DNA of 64,000 bases from Marsupella aquatica (taxonomy: Eukaryota > Plantae > Marchantiophyta). Positions within the stretch are counted from its first letter, which is position 1. Each line of letters begins with the position of its first letter. The position numbers and the translations under genes were made by a program. The notes under the pieces were generated by a model. The model saw only the letters and a list, made by a program, of their open reading frames with translations. It did not search any database and was not told the DNA's origin. The stretch lies in assembly GCA_973895155.1 (NCBI GenBank), contig OZ316898.1:2331927-2395926 (forward strand). The letters are read 5' to 3'. Below are positions 53,331 through 64,000 of the stretch, one piece after another.

Positions 53331-53990
53331 TCAAATCCAAGATATGTGGCTCCTAGCAGGAGTGCCTAGTGTAGGGTCAATGTCATGGTCAGGACAGTAA
53401 AACATCCCCTTCTTGGGCTGCCCATGCGCTGAGTGATCCCAAATTGTTCGATCATGGGCAAATCCCCTCTGCTGGATAAACAGCAGGCAGTCTTTGTGCC
53501 ATGCCTTAGGACACCTCATGCACTGAACCAAAAAGCCATTAGCCCCATCATTGGGCCCCTGTCCACAAGTAAGACAAATATGGAGTCCACATGATGCTGT
53601 GCCAGGAACCAAACACTGCCGACAGTAAAACCGGGCACAGAGAGAGTCTGGACATTTTCTTACCTCTTCACCAATTTTTCCAGACACATGGCACTTAAAG
53701 CAAGAATGTTCCTCATTCTTGCAATCAACACAAAGCCATTCTCCAACATGGCCATCAGTGAGGGATATAGTTGGGCATAGCCATTGCTGACCCAAAGGAC
53801 AGGAAACATTCTTATGGAAATGTCGGTGGCAAGGCCCATCACAAACAATGAGATCCCCTCCCTCATCACAAATCGCACATACATGTGGACTATTCTGGTT
53901 AATCTCAATGTCTGAATATAAGGACAATTGAGGTGCTTGAGAGGATTCACCTCTGCAACGATTCATGGCCTTCTGCTTATTGCGAGCCAT
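53331..53990 (-). CDS. Stand-alone EDM2-like composite PHD-finger protein (cargo of the CACTA element)
   Basis: CAICDEGGDLIVCDGPCHRHFH..CVDC..HSCFKC..CGLHICLTC..CMRCPKAWHKDCL..IWD..FYCPDHDIDPTLGTPARSH, including the EDM2-type terminal YCxxHxIDxxLxTPxRxH motif; intronless. Confidence 0.85.
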   Translation of the reverse strand: MARNKQKAMNRCRGESSQAPQLSLYSDIEINQNSPHVCAICDEGGDLIVCDGPCHRHFHKNVSCPLGQQWLCPTISLTDGHVGEWLCVDCKNEEHSCFKCHVSGKIGEEVRKCPDSLCARFYCRQCLVPGTASCGLHICLTCGQGPNDGANGFLVQCMRCPKAWHKDCLLFIQQRGFAHDRTIWDHSAHGQPKKGMFYCPDHDIDPTLGTPARSHISWI

Positions 53991-56360
53991 GGTCCTGCAC
54001 ACTCAGACCCTACATCAGATTGTGAAACAAGAAGGAATAACAGGGTGCAGTATGACACAAAAGAATGAGGGTGCAGCATAAAATATGACATGTAACCACA
54101 AGGGTGCAACATAAACCAATGCTTTATAGATGGCAAAGCATTTAGGACTGAGCAGCGCAAATAACCTTGGCCTAGATGATTGGAAGCAATCACAAATATT
54201 GCAACCTGTATGCCTTTGCTTGCTGTACAGCAGTGCTCACTCACCCTGCCTTTTTAAAATCTGTAAGGGCAACACAGAAAAAATAGCAATTGAGTTTCAG
54301 CAAAGCATTCATTTGGCTCTCAAGTTTTAAAATGGACAGAGCAAACACAACAATGTGCACAACAAAGCACAGAGAGCAACAAAACTCCAGCAAACTGGGA
54401 CTCAGGCAAGAGATACGAATTTTAGCAGCGAAATCAAATCAAGATTCGGACCTGTGAGTTCAACATGCAGTGCTCACTCACCCTGCCCTTTTTTAAATCT
54501 GTAAAAATCAAGTTTTATTGTGTGCCTTCTACATCTTAAGCTGCTGCACACATCTGTTACAGAACCATAAGTTGCTTTACTCTCAACAAGCTGCTGGTCC
54601 ACCCACTTTTTCAAAAGCTGCACCGTACTCTATCTTCGTGCACAAATGACTATACCGGGCTGCTGTCAGAGACCCTTACGAAGGATTTAAAATTGACCAA
54701 GCTGATTTTAGTTTAGTTTTGTCCAGTTTGCAGACCAAAGGAAATCATGTGGCTGTATTCATGGAGTTGTATTCATTGCTGTGTATGGATGTTGTGTGAA
54801 CATCAGACAGTTAGCTGTAAATTACCATAGTTGAAGAGCAAGGCTTGTACAAAAGCCACTAAGGAATTCTCTGAGGTGGCACAGCAGTTGGCAAACCACA
54901 CACGAAACTCTGAAACTTTTTGGCGACAAAATTCTACAGAGTCGCTGCTGGAATCAAGTGAGGATTCACCATACATGCTTGCACTTCTCTTCAGTAAAAA
55001 AAAGAGAAAAGAAAAGGGCTATGATACAGAGGGATGTCAAAAGAAGAGTAAGGAAACCAATTCATTGAGGAACATAGACAGACTAAGGAAAACATCATAC
55101 AATGGAAAACTAAGGACTACATTGTAATAATAAGAGATCAAGCTCACCTTGCACCACAAACATTGTCAGACGACAACAAGACAACAAACTGAATTGAACA
55201 TAGCAGACAAATCCAACAAGTAGCAATCAGAAATCAACAGCAGACAGACAAAGGACAACTTGGTCAGAACTCGGGCACTTGATTCAGTTGTGGTAAATAG
55301 CTGTTCAGGTTCTGGACAAGCAAGAGCAATACGTGAGCAGACTCCAGAAAAATCATCTCTTGAGATTGAGGAGAAAGGCATTTCCCAGCCAGCTTACTTA
55401 TGTCTTGAAAAATGTATCGGACATCGTGGACGCTGGGCCTCAGCTGCTGGCCGCAAGGGAAGATTTTGCCAAAACAAACAATAAAGCTCGAAGATAGTTA
55501 AATTTCTTAGGTCTTTCTAAATGGGGACTGAATTAGCAATTAGAACCAGTAAACCCTGATCTTGGGCAGGCAGAGAGAGAAGAGTCCGCGCCTAATACTT
55601 ATGTCTACCCGAATTTTACTGGGACATATGAGCATTGGGATGCCATTGCAAAGCAGAATTTTGTAGCAGTGGAAGGAATCAACATAGATAGCAGTGGAAG
55701 GTCGCAGTGGAGCTAGCATGGTACAGGGAAGGAAATGCAGGCATTGTGCGAGAAAGTGCAATGGCTAGTTCTATGGGATTTCCTTCTCCAATCCATGACA
55801 GTGCCGACGACACGCACAACTGCTACAATCAGTGCGCGTCCAGGATGCTCCATCGCATCACGTCAGGGAACTCAACATTCTAGACATTCGAAAACTGCAT
55901 TCACATTTCTCTGCAAAGGGAACTCAACATTGTAGACATTCAAAAACTGGTGCAAAACTCAGGCACTTAGAGAGAGAGGGACAGAGAGAGAGCGAGAAAG
56001 AGAGAGCAAATAGTCTCTTAGCAATCGGAGCTTCTCTGTCATTGCCATAAGCATACTAGCAGACACTAAGCAACAGAACAAGAAGGCAACATTGGATTCA
56101 TGGACTGACAGCACATTGGTAGCACATTGGCAAAAGCAAAGCAAAAATGCAGAATGAACAAATGGCCAGAAGGGGAAGAAGCGCAAAATTGCACAACTGA
56201 CCTTCTCGCACCTCAGCCCAAACTCGCTCCCACAGATATAAGTTCTCGCAGCTCCTTGATGGAACCTCCTGTAGGTTCTCGCCGATTGCAACTCCTCACC
56301 CACAGCTTCTTGCCGATTGTAGCTTGCTGCTGATTGCAACTCGTCGCTGATTTGCAGCTC

Positions 56361-56591
56361 GTCCTCCGCTCCTCACCCGCAGCTTATCGCCGATTGTAGG
56401 TCGTCCTCCGCTCCTCGCCCGCAGCTTATCGCTGATTGTAGGTCGTCCTCCGCTCCTCGCCCGCAGCTTATCGCCGATTGTAGGTCGTCCTCCGCTCCTC
56501 GCCCGCAGCTTATCGCCGATTGCAGCTCATCCTCCGCTCCTCACCCGCAGCTTATCGCCGATTGCAGCTCATCCTCCGCTCCTCACCCGCA
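56361..56591. repeat. 42-bp CpG-rich tandem repeat, ~5.5 copies, inside CACTA
   Basis: 'cagcttatcgc' at 56380, 56422, 56464, 56506 and 56548. Confidence 0.92.
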
Positions 56592-57899
56592 ACAATGACA
56601 AATGTAAAGAAGCTATTGCCTTGACCCTGCAATCGGGCACTCCAAAGCCCGAATGTCCTCCAAAGCGCAGGGTCCTCCAAAGAAGCTCCCAAGTCCTACC
56701 GAGGTGCTCCGCCGACCGCGCGCAACAAGCTCAAAAACAATTGTAGCCTGAATGGCTTCGGGTCGGAGCTCCTCCTCTAAACCTTGCAAATGGTCACTAA
56801 AACAATGCCACGTCCAACGCTTCACTCAAACAATGCCTCACCCAATGCTTGCCCGAACAATGCCTCGCCCAACGCTTCGAAGGGTGTCGAAGCTTGGTGG
56901 AATGGAGCACAACGCTGCGCAACCCTAAGCCCTTGCAATGTGCACACAAAGGCATGCCAAGAAATGAGCACATCGAGCGTTGCCCTCTCGATGTTTTTTC
57001 AGGAAAAAGGGCTCCTGTTGGTACGCAAGAACACTTAGCGGGAAAAACCTAATGCTAGACCCCTAAAGCCCGTAAAGGTAAGGTATTCTGTTGGATGGGG
57101 ATGGTGGATATTGTGGGTCATTAATTAGGGTTATATTCTGACAATATCTCTCACATGTCTGGACCCCCCATAAGGCCCTAGGGAAGTTGAGACTAGGTTA
57201 ATAACAATGTAAACCCCCCCCCCATAAGGCCCTAGGGAAATACCAACTATAGAGGTTAATAACAAGGTCCGGACGCCCCCATAAGGCCCTAAGTAGGGAA
57301 GGCAAGGTTAATAACTCATAATGTCACGACCCCCCCCATAAGGTCATGGCTGTTTGTGTAGGTGCCAACAAGAATGTTAAGGACCAATGTTATATATAAA
57401 AAATGATGCTAGCGATATAAAAGGTCCGATATATGCCCGCGATATAAACCCATAACCCGCATGCATGAACACCATTTTGGACTACCTTATTGTCTCACCA
57501 TATGATAGTGATACTCATCCAAATATTAGCATTTAATAGCTCTCCACTCCTGACTCAATTGAGAGAAACCCTCATTCATGACTCAAGCACAATTATAGGG
57601 TCCCTTACATGCTACATGACCACTACATATGAGGCTATGTTGTGTAAGAGTTTTTGAGAGCATTACACCAAAGCATTAATAAGTGAGCCTTCCCATGACT
57701 ATATGACCTCCAATATGCCAACATTAATGGCTTCCAATATGACAGCGTGAGTGACCCCACGTTTAGTCCTCAGATTGAAGCACCATTTAATTCACAAATG
57801 ACCCAATGAACTCCCTTGTACCTCCAAAGAGAACCCCCCAATAGCCTTTGTAAAGACCACATTTCCAGTCATTTGGTACTTCTGACCTCTAGTATGACA

Positions 57900-60800
57900 A
57901 CCAAGATTACCCTAATTTGAGGTGTTTCCATTAATGACACACCATGAGGGACCTCTCTAATGACCACATATGCAGTCAATTGCTCCAAATGACCTCTAAC
58001 TGACTACCAAAATGACCCTTATTGTAGTCATTGACATTAATGACACACATTATGTGAAAATGACCCAATGAAGAGTATACTACCTCTCGGAGTGCCCCTT
58101 TACAATTCCTTTGGAATTTAATAGAATATATCCAAAATCCAAATATTGGCACAAACATGACATAGTTATATAGAAGGACATAGTCTTCCACTAGTATTGC
58201 ACTATATACCTCTTGGAGAGACAAAAACAATTTTTGTATGCATGCCTTAGGATGGTATGCATGCATGGTGACACTTTTGGCAAATCACTCCAAAGTTGTA
58301 TGACTTGGGAGTGATTTCCCCAAGGTTGCATCATCCCTTAAGTAATTGCAAAAACATGGCTCCAAAGTGCTCATGGTGCAACTAGTGGTTGGAGAATAGT
58401 ACGGTGGGTATAGTACCCCGCACCTTGTGGAGAGGTTGCCACCTTCATGTAGAGCCCCATGGCACACTAGGGCCACCTTAAGCTCCTAGACCCAAAAGGG
58501 TCATTTCTGATGGTACGTAATGACACCATGAGGGACCTCTATAATGACCCCATATGGAGTCATTTGGCACAAATGACTTCCAAAAGGACTGCCAAAATGA
58601 CCCTCACTGCAGTCTTTGGCATTAATGACACACTATTCCTCCAAAATGACCCAATGAAGATTACAACACCTACTCACAATGCCTTAAGTCTATTCATATG
58701 CAAAATGGAGTATTCCCCATCCAAACACCGGCACAAACATGACACAATTACATCACAAGATGACAACCTTCCATTGGTGTTGCGCTACTTCTTGGAGAGA
58801 CAAAAAATGGCTCCATTTGCGCTTGGATACGGTGGTATGCATCCATGGTGACACTTTTGGCAAATCACTCCAAAGTTGTATGACTTGGGAGTGATTTCCC
58901 CAAGGTGCATCATGCCTTAAGTAAATGCAAAAACATGTGTCCAAAGTGTTCATGGCACAACTAGTGGTTGGACGATGATGAGTATAGTGTCCCGCACCTA
59001 GTGGAGGGGGTTCTCACCTCTATGTGGGGCCCCATGGCACTCTAGGGCCCACCTCCAGCCCCTAGCCCCAAACTGGTCATTTGTGCTTCTGCTTAATGAT
59101 TGCACAAGGGACCCCTCAAATGACCACAAATCCAGTCATTTGACTTATGTGACAGCCCATATGACAGATTTAATGACCCTACTTGTAGTCATTGGTATTT
59201 ATGACACCAATTTTTTCAGAAATGACTCAATGAAGATTACACTACCTTCTTGAGTGCCCCATCACTATTCATTTGCAAAATAGAATATTCCCCATCCAAA
59301 CACCGGCACAAACATGACACAATTACATGGAACGACAACAGCCTTGCACTACTTCTTGCAGAGACCAAAAAAATGGCTTCATTTCCTTTAGATAGGATGG
59401 TATGCATCAATGGTGACACTTTTGGCAAATCACTCCAAAGTCGTACGACTTGGGAGTGATTTCCCCAAGATTATATCATCCCTTAAGTAAACACAAAAAC
59501 ATGGCTCCAAACTGCTAATGGTGCAACTAGTGGTTGGAGAATAGTAATTATAGTATTTGACACCTAGTGGAGGGGTTGCGAGCTCTATGTGGTGCCACAT
59601 GGCACTCTAGGGCCCACCTCCAGCCCTTAGCTCCAAATTGGTCATTCATGCTTGTCTTCAATGACTGCACTAGAGACCCCTCAAATGACAACAAGTCCAG
59701 TCATTTGAATTATATGACATCCCATATGACCAATTCAATGACCCTACTTGTGGTCATTGACACTTATGACATGACTCTGTTAAAAAATGACCCAAAGAAG
59801 GTCCTAGCACCGCCAGAGAGAGCCCGCTCTACATTCCTTGCAAAAATGGAATAATCGTATACCTTTAAACATCAGACACATCATAGAGGGAAGCACCACT
59901 ACCACACCCATTCCATTGGTGTTGCGCTACCTCTTGGAGAGACAAAAAAGGGCTTCATTTGCGTTTGGAATAGTGGTATGCATCCATGGTGACACTTTTG
60001 GCAAATCACTCCAAAGTCATACGACTTGGGAGTGATTTCCCCAAAGGTGCATCATGCCTTAAGTAAACGCAAAAACATGTGTCCAAGGTGTTTATGTCGC
60101 AACTAGTGGTTGGACAATGATGAGTATAGTGTCCCGCACGCAATGGAGGGGTTCTCACCTCTATGTGGGGTCACATGGCACTCTAGGGCCCACCTCCAGC
60201 CCCTAGCCCCAAACTGGTCATTTGTGCTTTTCCTTAATGACTGCATAAGGGACCCCTCAAATGACCACAAATCCAGTCATTAGACTGATATGACTTTCCA
60301 TATGACAGTTTTAATGACCCTGCTTTTAGTCATTGATATTTATGACGGTCCATTGCTCACATATGACCCAATAAAGGCCCTGGTACCTCCAAAGAGAGCC
60401 CGCTTTAGATTCCTTGCAAGGTTGGAATATTCCTCTTCCCTAAACCCGCACCCACACCATACAGGGAAGCACGACTCCCCTGCCCATTCCATTGGTGCAG
60501 CACCACCTCTTGGAGAACCCAAAAACAACTTTTATTTGCCTTTGTATGTGATGGTGTGCATGCATGGCAACACTTTTGGCAAATCACTCCAAAGTCGTAC
60601 GACTTGGGAGTGATTTCCCCAAAGGTGCATCATGCCTTAAGGAAACACAAAAACTTGTGTCCAAGGTGTTTATGTCGCAACTAGTGGTTGGACAATGATG
60701 AGTATAGTGTCCCGCACGCAATGGAGGGGTTCTCACCTCTATGTGGGGCCCATGGCACTCTAGGGCCCACCTCAAGCCCCTAGCCCCAAAATGGTCATTT

Positions 60801-62520
60801 GTGCTTTTCCTTAATGACTACATAAGGGACCCCTCAAATGACCACAAATCCAGTCATTAGACTGATATGACTCTCCATATGACAATTTTAATGACCCTAC
60901 TTTTAGTCATTGGCATTTATGACGGGCCATTGCTCACATATGACCCAATAAAGGCCCTAGTACCTCCAAAGAGAGCCAGCTTTAGATTCCTTGCAAGGTT
61001 GGAATATTCCTCTTCCCTAAATCTGCACCCACACCATACCCTAAAAGCATGACTCCCCTGCCCATTCCATTTGGGCAGCACTACCTCTTGGAGAACCCAA
61101 AAACAACTTTTATTTGCCTTTGTATGTGATGGTGTGCATGCATGGCAACACTTTTGGAAAATCACTCCAAAGTCGTACGACTTGGGAGTGATTTCCCCAA
61201 AGGTGCATCATGCCTTAAGGAAACACAAAAACATGTGTCCAAAGTGTTTATGTCGCAACTAGTGGTTGGACAATGATGAGTATAGTGTCCCGCACCTCGT
61301 GGAGGGGTTCTCACCTCTATGTGGGGCCCCATGGCACTCTAGGGCGCACCTCCAGCCCCTAGCCCCAAACTGGTCATTTGTGCTTTTCCTTAATGACTGC
61401 ATGAGGGACCCCTCAAATGACAATAATTCAGGTCATTCCACTTATATGACATCCAATGTGACCATTTTAATGACCTTTCTTGTAGTAATTGGCATTTATG
61501 ACGGGCCATTGCTCACATATGACCCAATAAAGGCCCTAGTACCTCCAAAGAGAGCCAGCTTTAGATTCCTTGCAAGGTTGGAATATTCCCAAACCCTAAT
61601 CCCACAGCCACACCATGCTAAGAAGCACGACTCCCCTGCCCATTCCATTCGTGCAGCACTACCTCTTGGAGAACCAAAAAACAGGTTTTATTTGCCTTTG
61701 GATGTGATGGTATACATCCATGGTTGCACTTTTGGCAAATCACTCCAAAGTCGTACGACTTGGGAGTGATTTCCCCAAAGGTGCATCATGCCTTAAGGAA
61801 ACACAAAAACATGTGCCCAAAGTGTTTATGTCGCAACTAGTGGTTGGACAATGATGAGTATAGTGTCCCGCACCTAGTGGAGGGGTTCTCACCTCTATGT
61901 GGGGCCCATGGCACTCTAGGGCCCACCTCAAGCCCCTAGCCCCAAAATGGTCATTTGTGCTTTTCCTTAATGACTACATAAGGGACCCCTCAAATGACCA
62001 CAAATCCAGTCATTAGACTGATATGACTCTCCATATGACAATTTTAATGACCCTACTTTTAGTCATTGGCATTTATGACGGGCCATTGCTCACATATGAC
62101 CCAATAAAGGCCCTAGTACCTCCAAAGAGAGCTAGCTTTAGATTCCTTGCAAGGTTGGAATATTCCTCTTCCCTAAACCTGCACCCACACCATACTGAGA
62201 ATGCACCCACACCATACTGAGAAGCATTACTCCCCTGCCCATTCCATTGGGGCAGCACTACCTCTTGGAGAACCAAAAAACAACTTTTATTTGCCTTTGG
62301 ATGTGATGGTATGCATGCATTTATTTGCAAATTAAAATATTCCCCGTCCAAACACCGGCACAAACATGACACAATTACAACAAAGCATGACAACCTTCCA
62401 TTGGTATTGCCCTACTTCTTGGAGAGACAAAAAGGTTTCATTTGCCCCATGGATACGATAGTATGCGCGCATCCATATATGATGACACTTCTGGAAAATC
62501 ACTCCAAAGGTGTATGACTC
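57900..62520. repeat. ~577-bp tandem satellite, ~8 units, inside CACTA
   Basis: The marker cactt[tc]tgg.aaatcactccaaag occurs at 58272, 58852, 59417, 59993, 60571, 61149, 61727 and 62486. Confidence 0.92.
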
Positions 62521-62584
62521 TACAATTATGATAGGTGTCTGGAATGACTATTGAGTATTTTAATCTTCATATCTCTTGGGTTCT

Positions 62585-63110
62585 TTAATGACTCTATAAG
62601 TAGTCATTTATGTAATAAGTCCATAATGACTGTATGTTATTGTAAACATTGATATATCCTGATTTTTAGATTGCCCTATATTTAGTCATTTATGCGACAA
62701 GTCCATAATGACAGTATGTTGTTGAAAACACCGATATATCCTAATTTCAAGATTGACTGTGGAGTTAGTCATTTATGAGAAAAGTCCATAATGACGGTAT
62801 GTTCTTGTAAACACTGATATGTCCTAATTTCAAGATTGACCCTAGAGTTAGTCATTTATGGCAGAAGTCCATAATGACAATATGTTGTGTAAACACTGAT
62901 ATATTCTCATTTTCAGATTGACCCTAAATTTTGTCATTTATGAGAGAAGTCCATAATGACGGTATGTTCTTGTAAACACTAATATGTCCTAATTTCAAGA
63001 TTGACCCTAGAGTTAGTCATTTATGGCAGAAGTCCATAATGACAATATGTTGTTGTAAACACTGATATATTCTCATTTTCAGATTGACCCTAAATTTTGT
63101 CATTTAACAC
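62585..63110. repeat. ~83-bp subterminal tandem repeat (6-7 units) carrying gtcat/atgac motifs
   Basis: 'gtcatttatg..aagtccataatgac' recurs at ~62601, 62683, 62766, 62849, 62931 and 63014. Confidence 0.88.
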
Positions 63111-64000
63111 CGTTGGTTAAAATGACGATAATACATTTTTTGTCATTTATCACCGTTGTCCAAAATGATGCAAATAGATTTTTGGTCATTTCAGTCATTG
63201 TCCAGAGTGACTATAATGTTGCTAAACACTGATTTATCATTGTTGTTATTAATTGTGTCATTTAAGACATGTGTCTAAATTGACCATTTAGGGAAATTGG
63301 GTCATTTTGGTCGCATCAGTCATTATAGACATTATACAAAATGACGAAAAAATTAACATTTTGTCATTTCAGTCTATTGGTCATTGTGGACAGTCATTCC
63401 CCCGTCATTCTTTTTGTGTCATTAAAACTTTTGGTCATTTATTCATCTCTGTCATTGGGTGATTGGTCATAAAGGGCCCTGTTTTCTTCTAGTGGGACCC
63501 GAATGCCATCATGTCTAATGGGGATATCAAGAGGGGGGAGAATGAGTCCGGGAGAGGAAGACGGGACCAGACCCCACACTTCCTAGGCTGTACTGACAAA
63601 CCAATAATGGCAAGCTGCTGAACAAAATGGATATAGGCATCTCCAAGAAGCAAGGCAGGAGCAACAATGTGAGTGTCGTCAGCAACAGAGGGGAACAGGC
63701 AACCTGGAAAAGCACCGGAAGATGCCCGGATGGCCCGAAGATGAGCCAAGGCAAACAACGCACCACCAAGGGGATCCCCCTGTCGGGTGTCGGACTCTGA
63801 CATAATGGTGGAGTATGTCCCAGACGCCAGAGGGTCAGAGTAGACCAAGGGGGCAGGGGTCCCATAAAAAGCCCAAGCAAAAGGGATGAGGGATGCAATC
63901 TCCCCCCCAGCATCCCAAAGCTCCTCGAAAATCACACGACGGGAGACAGAGTTGAAGGCATTGGCAACATCCACCTGAATGACCCCCCAATCAGGGTGGA

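Larger units (their letters stand above)
44391..63494 (-). mobile_element. Complete CACTA (En/Spm) transposon, 19104 bp
   Basis: Termini CACTAGTAGAAAAC and GTTTTCTTCTAGTG (13/14 match). 3-bp TSD GGA at 44388-44390 and 63495-63497. Dense aatgac/gtcatt subterminal motifs at both ends. Confidence 0.97.
33211..64000 (-). mobile_element. CRE-like non-LTR retrotransposon (RT, CCHC knuckle, restriction-like endonuclease), split into 63495-64000, 43902-44390 and 33211-34369; 5' end outside the window
   Basis: RT motifs DVANAFNS, QGDPLG and ADD. Removing the inserts restores DGIRVLGVPFGG and GALPFQIQLRHARSLLPEDVQ. Downstream motifs are LPPSGGGLG, GAWL, CVCG..HILRC..HD, RRADL..DVVVADP and PFAVEVFG, then a T-rich 3'UTR with a short A tail. 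There is a 1-bp frameshift near 63535. Confidence 0.9.

Noticed and set aside
57900-62520. Repeated 60-167-aa ORFs as a gene family
   Set aside because: They arise from the 577-bp satellite, and frames and stops differ between units.

Overview
Eukaryotic land-plant genomic DNA with GT-AG introns; the hydrolase-NLR genes suggest a liverwort (inference). The left half (1-33 kb) holds host genes: the 5' end of a probable plastid-targeted gene, a ~16-exon NOC1/MAK21/CEBPZ gene (-), a divergent six-exon endosulfine gene (+) missed by the ORF track, and two tandem alpha/beta-hydrolase-NB-ARC NLR copies (one truncated pseudogene, one TM-hydrolase-NB-ARC-LRR-TPR-like gene with a disrupted C-terminal half). 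The right half (33.2-64 kb) is one nested TE stack. A CRE-like RLE non-LTR retrotransposon is split by two complete DNA transposons inserted ~490 bp apart: a 9.5-kb element (34370-43901, 8-bp TSD GAAGCTGG) encoding an intact ~1486-aa P-element-like transposase without a THAP domain, and a 19.1-kb CACTA element (44391-63494, TSD GGA). The main finding is that both unrelated transposons carry, just upstream of the transposase and on the same strand, a stand-alone intronless EDM2-like multi-PHD gene. This is a candidate TE-encoded heterochromatin reader acting in anti-silencing or target-site selection. Two ~0.3-kb MITE derivatives of the P-like element lie elsewhere in the window. All protein family calls come from motifs recalled from memory, not from database searches.
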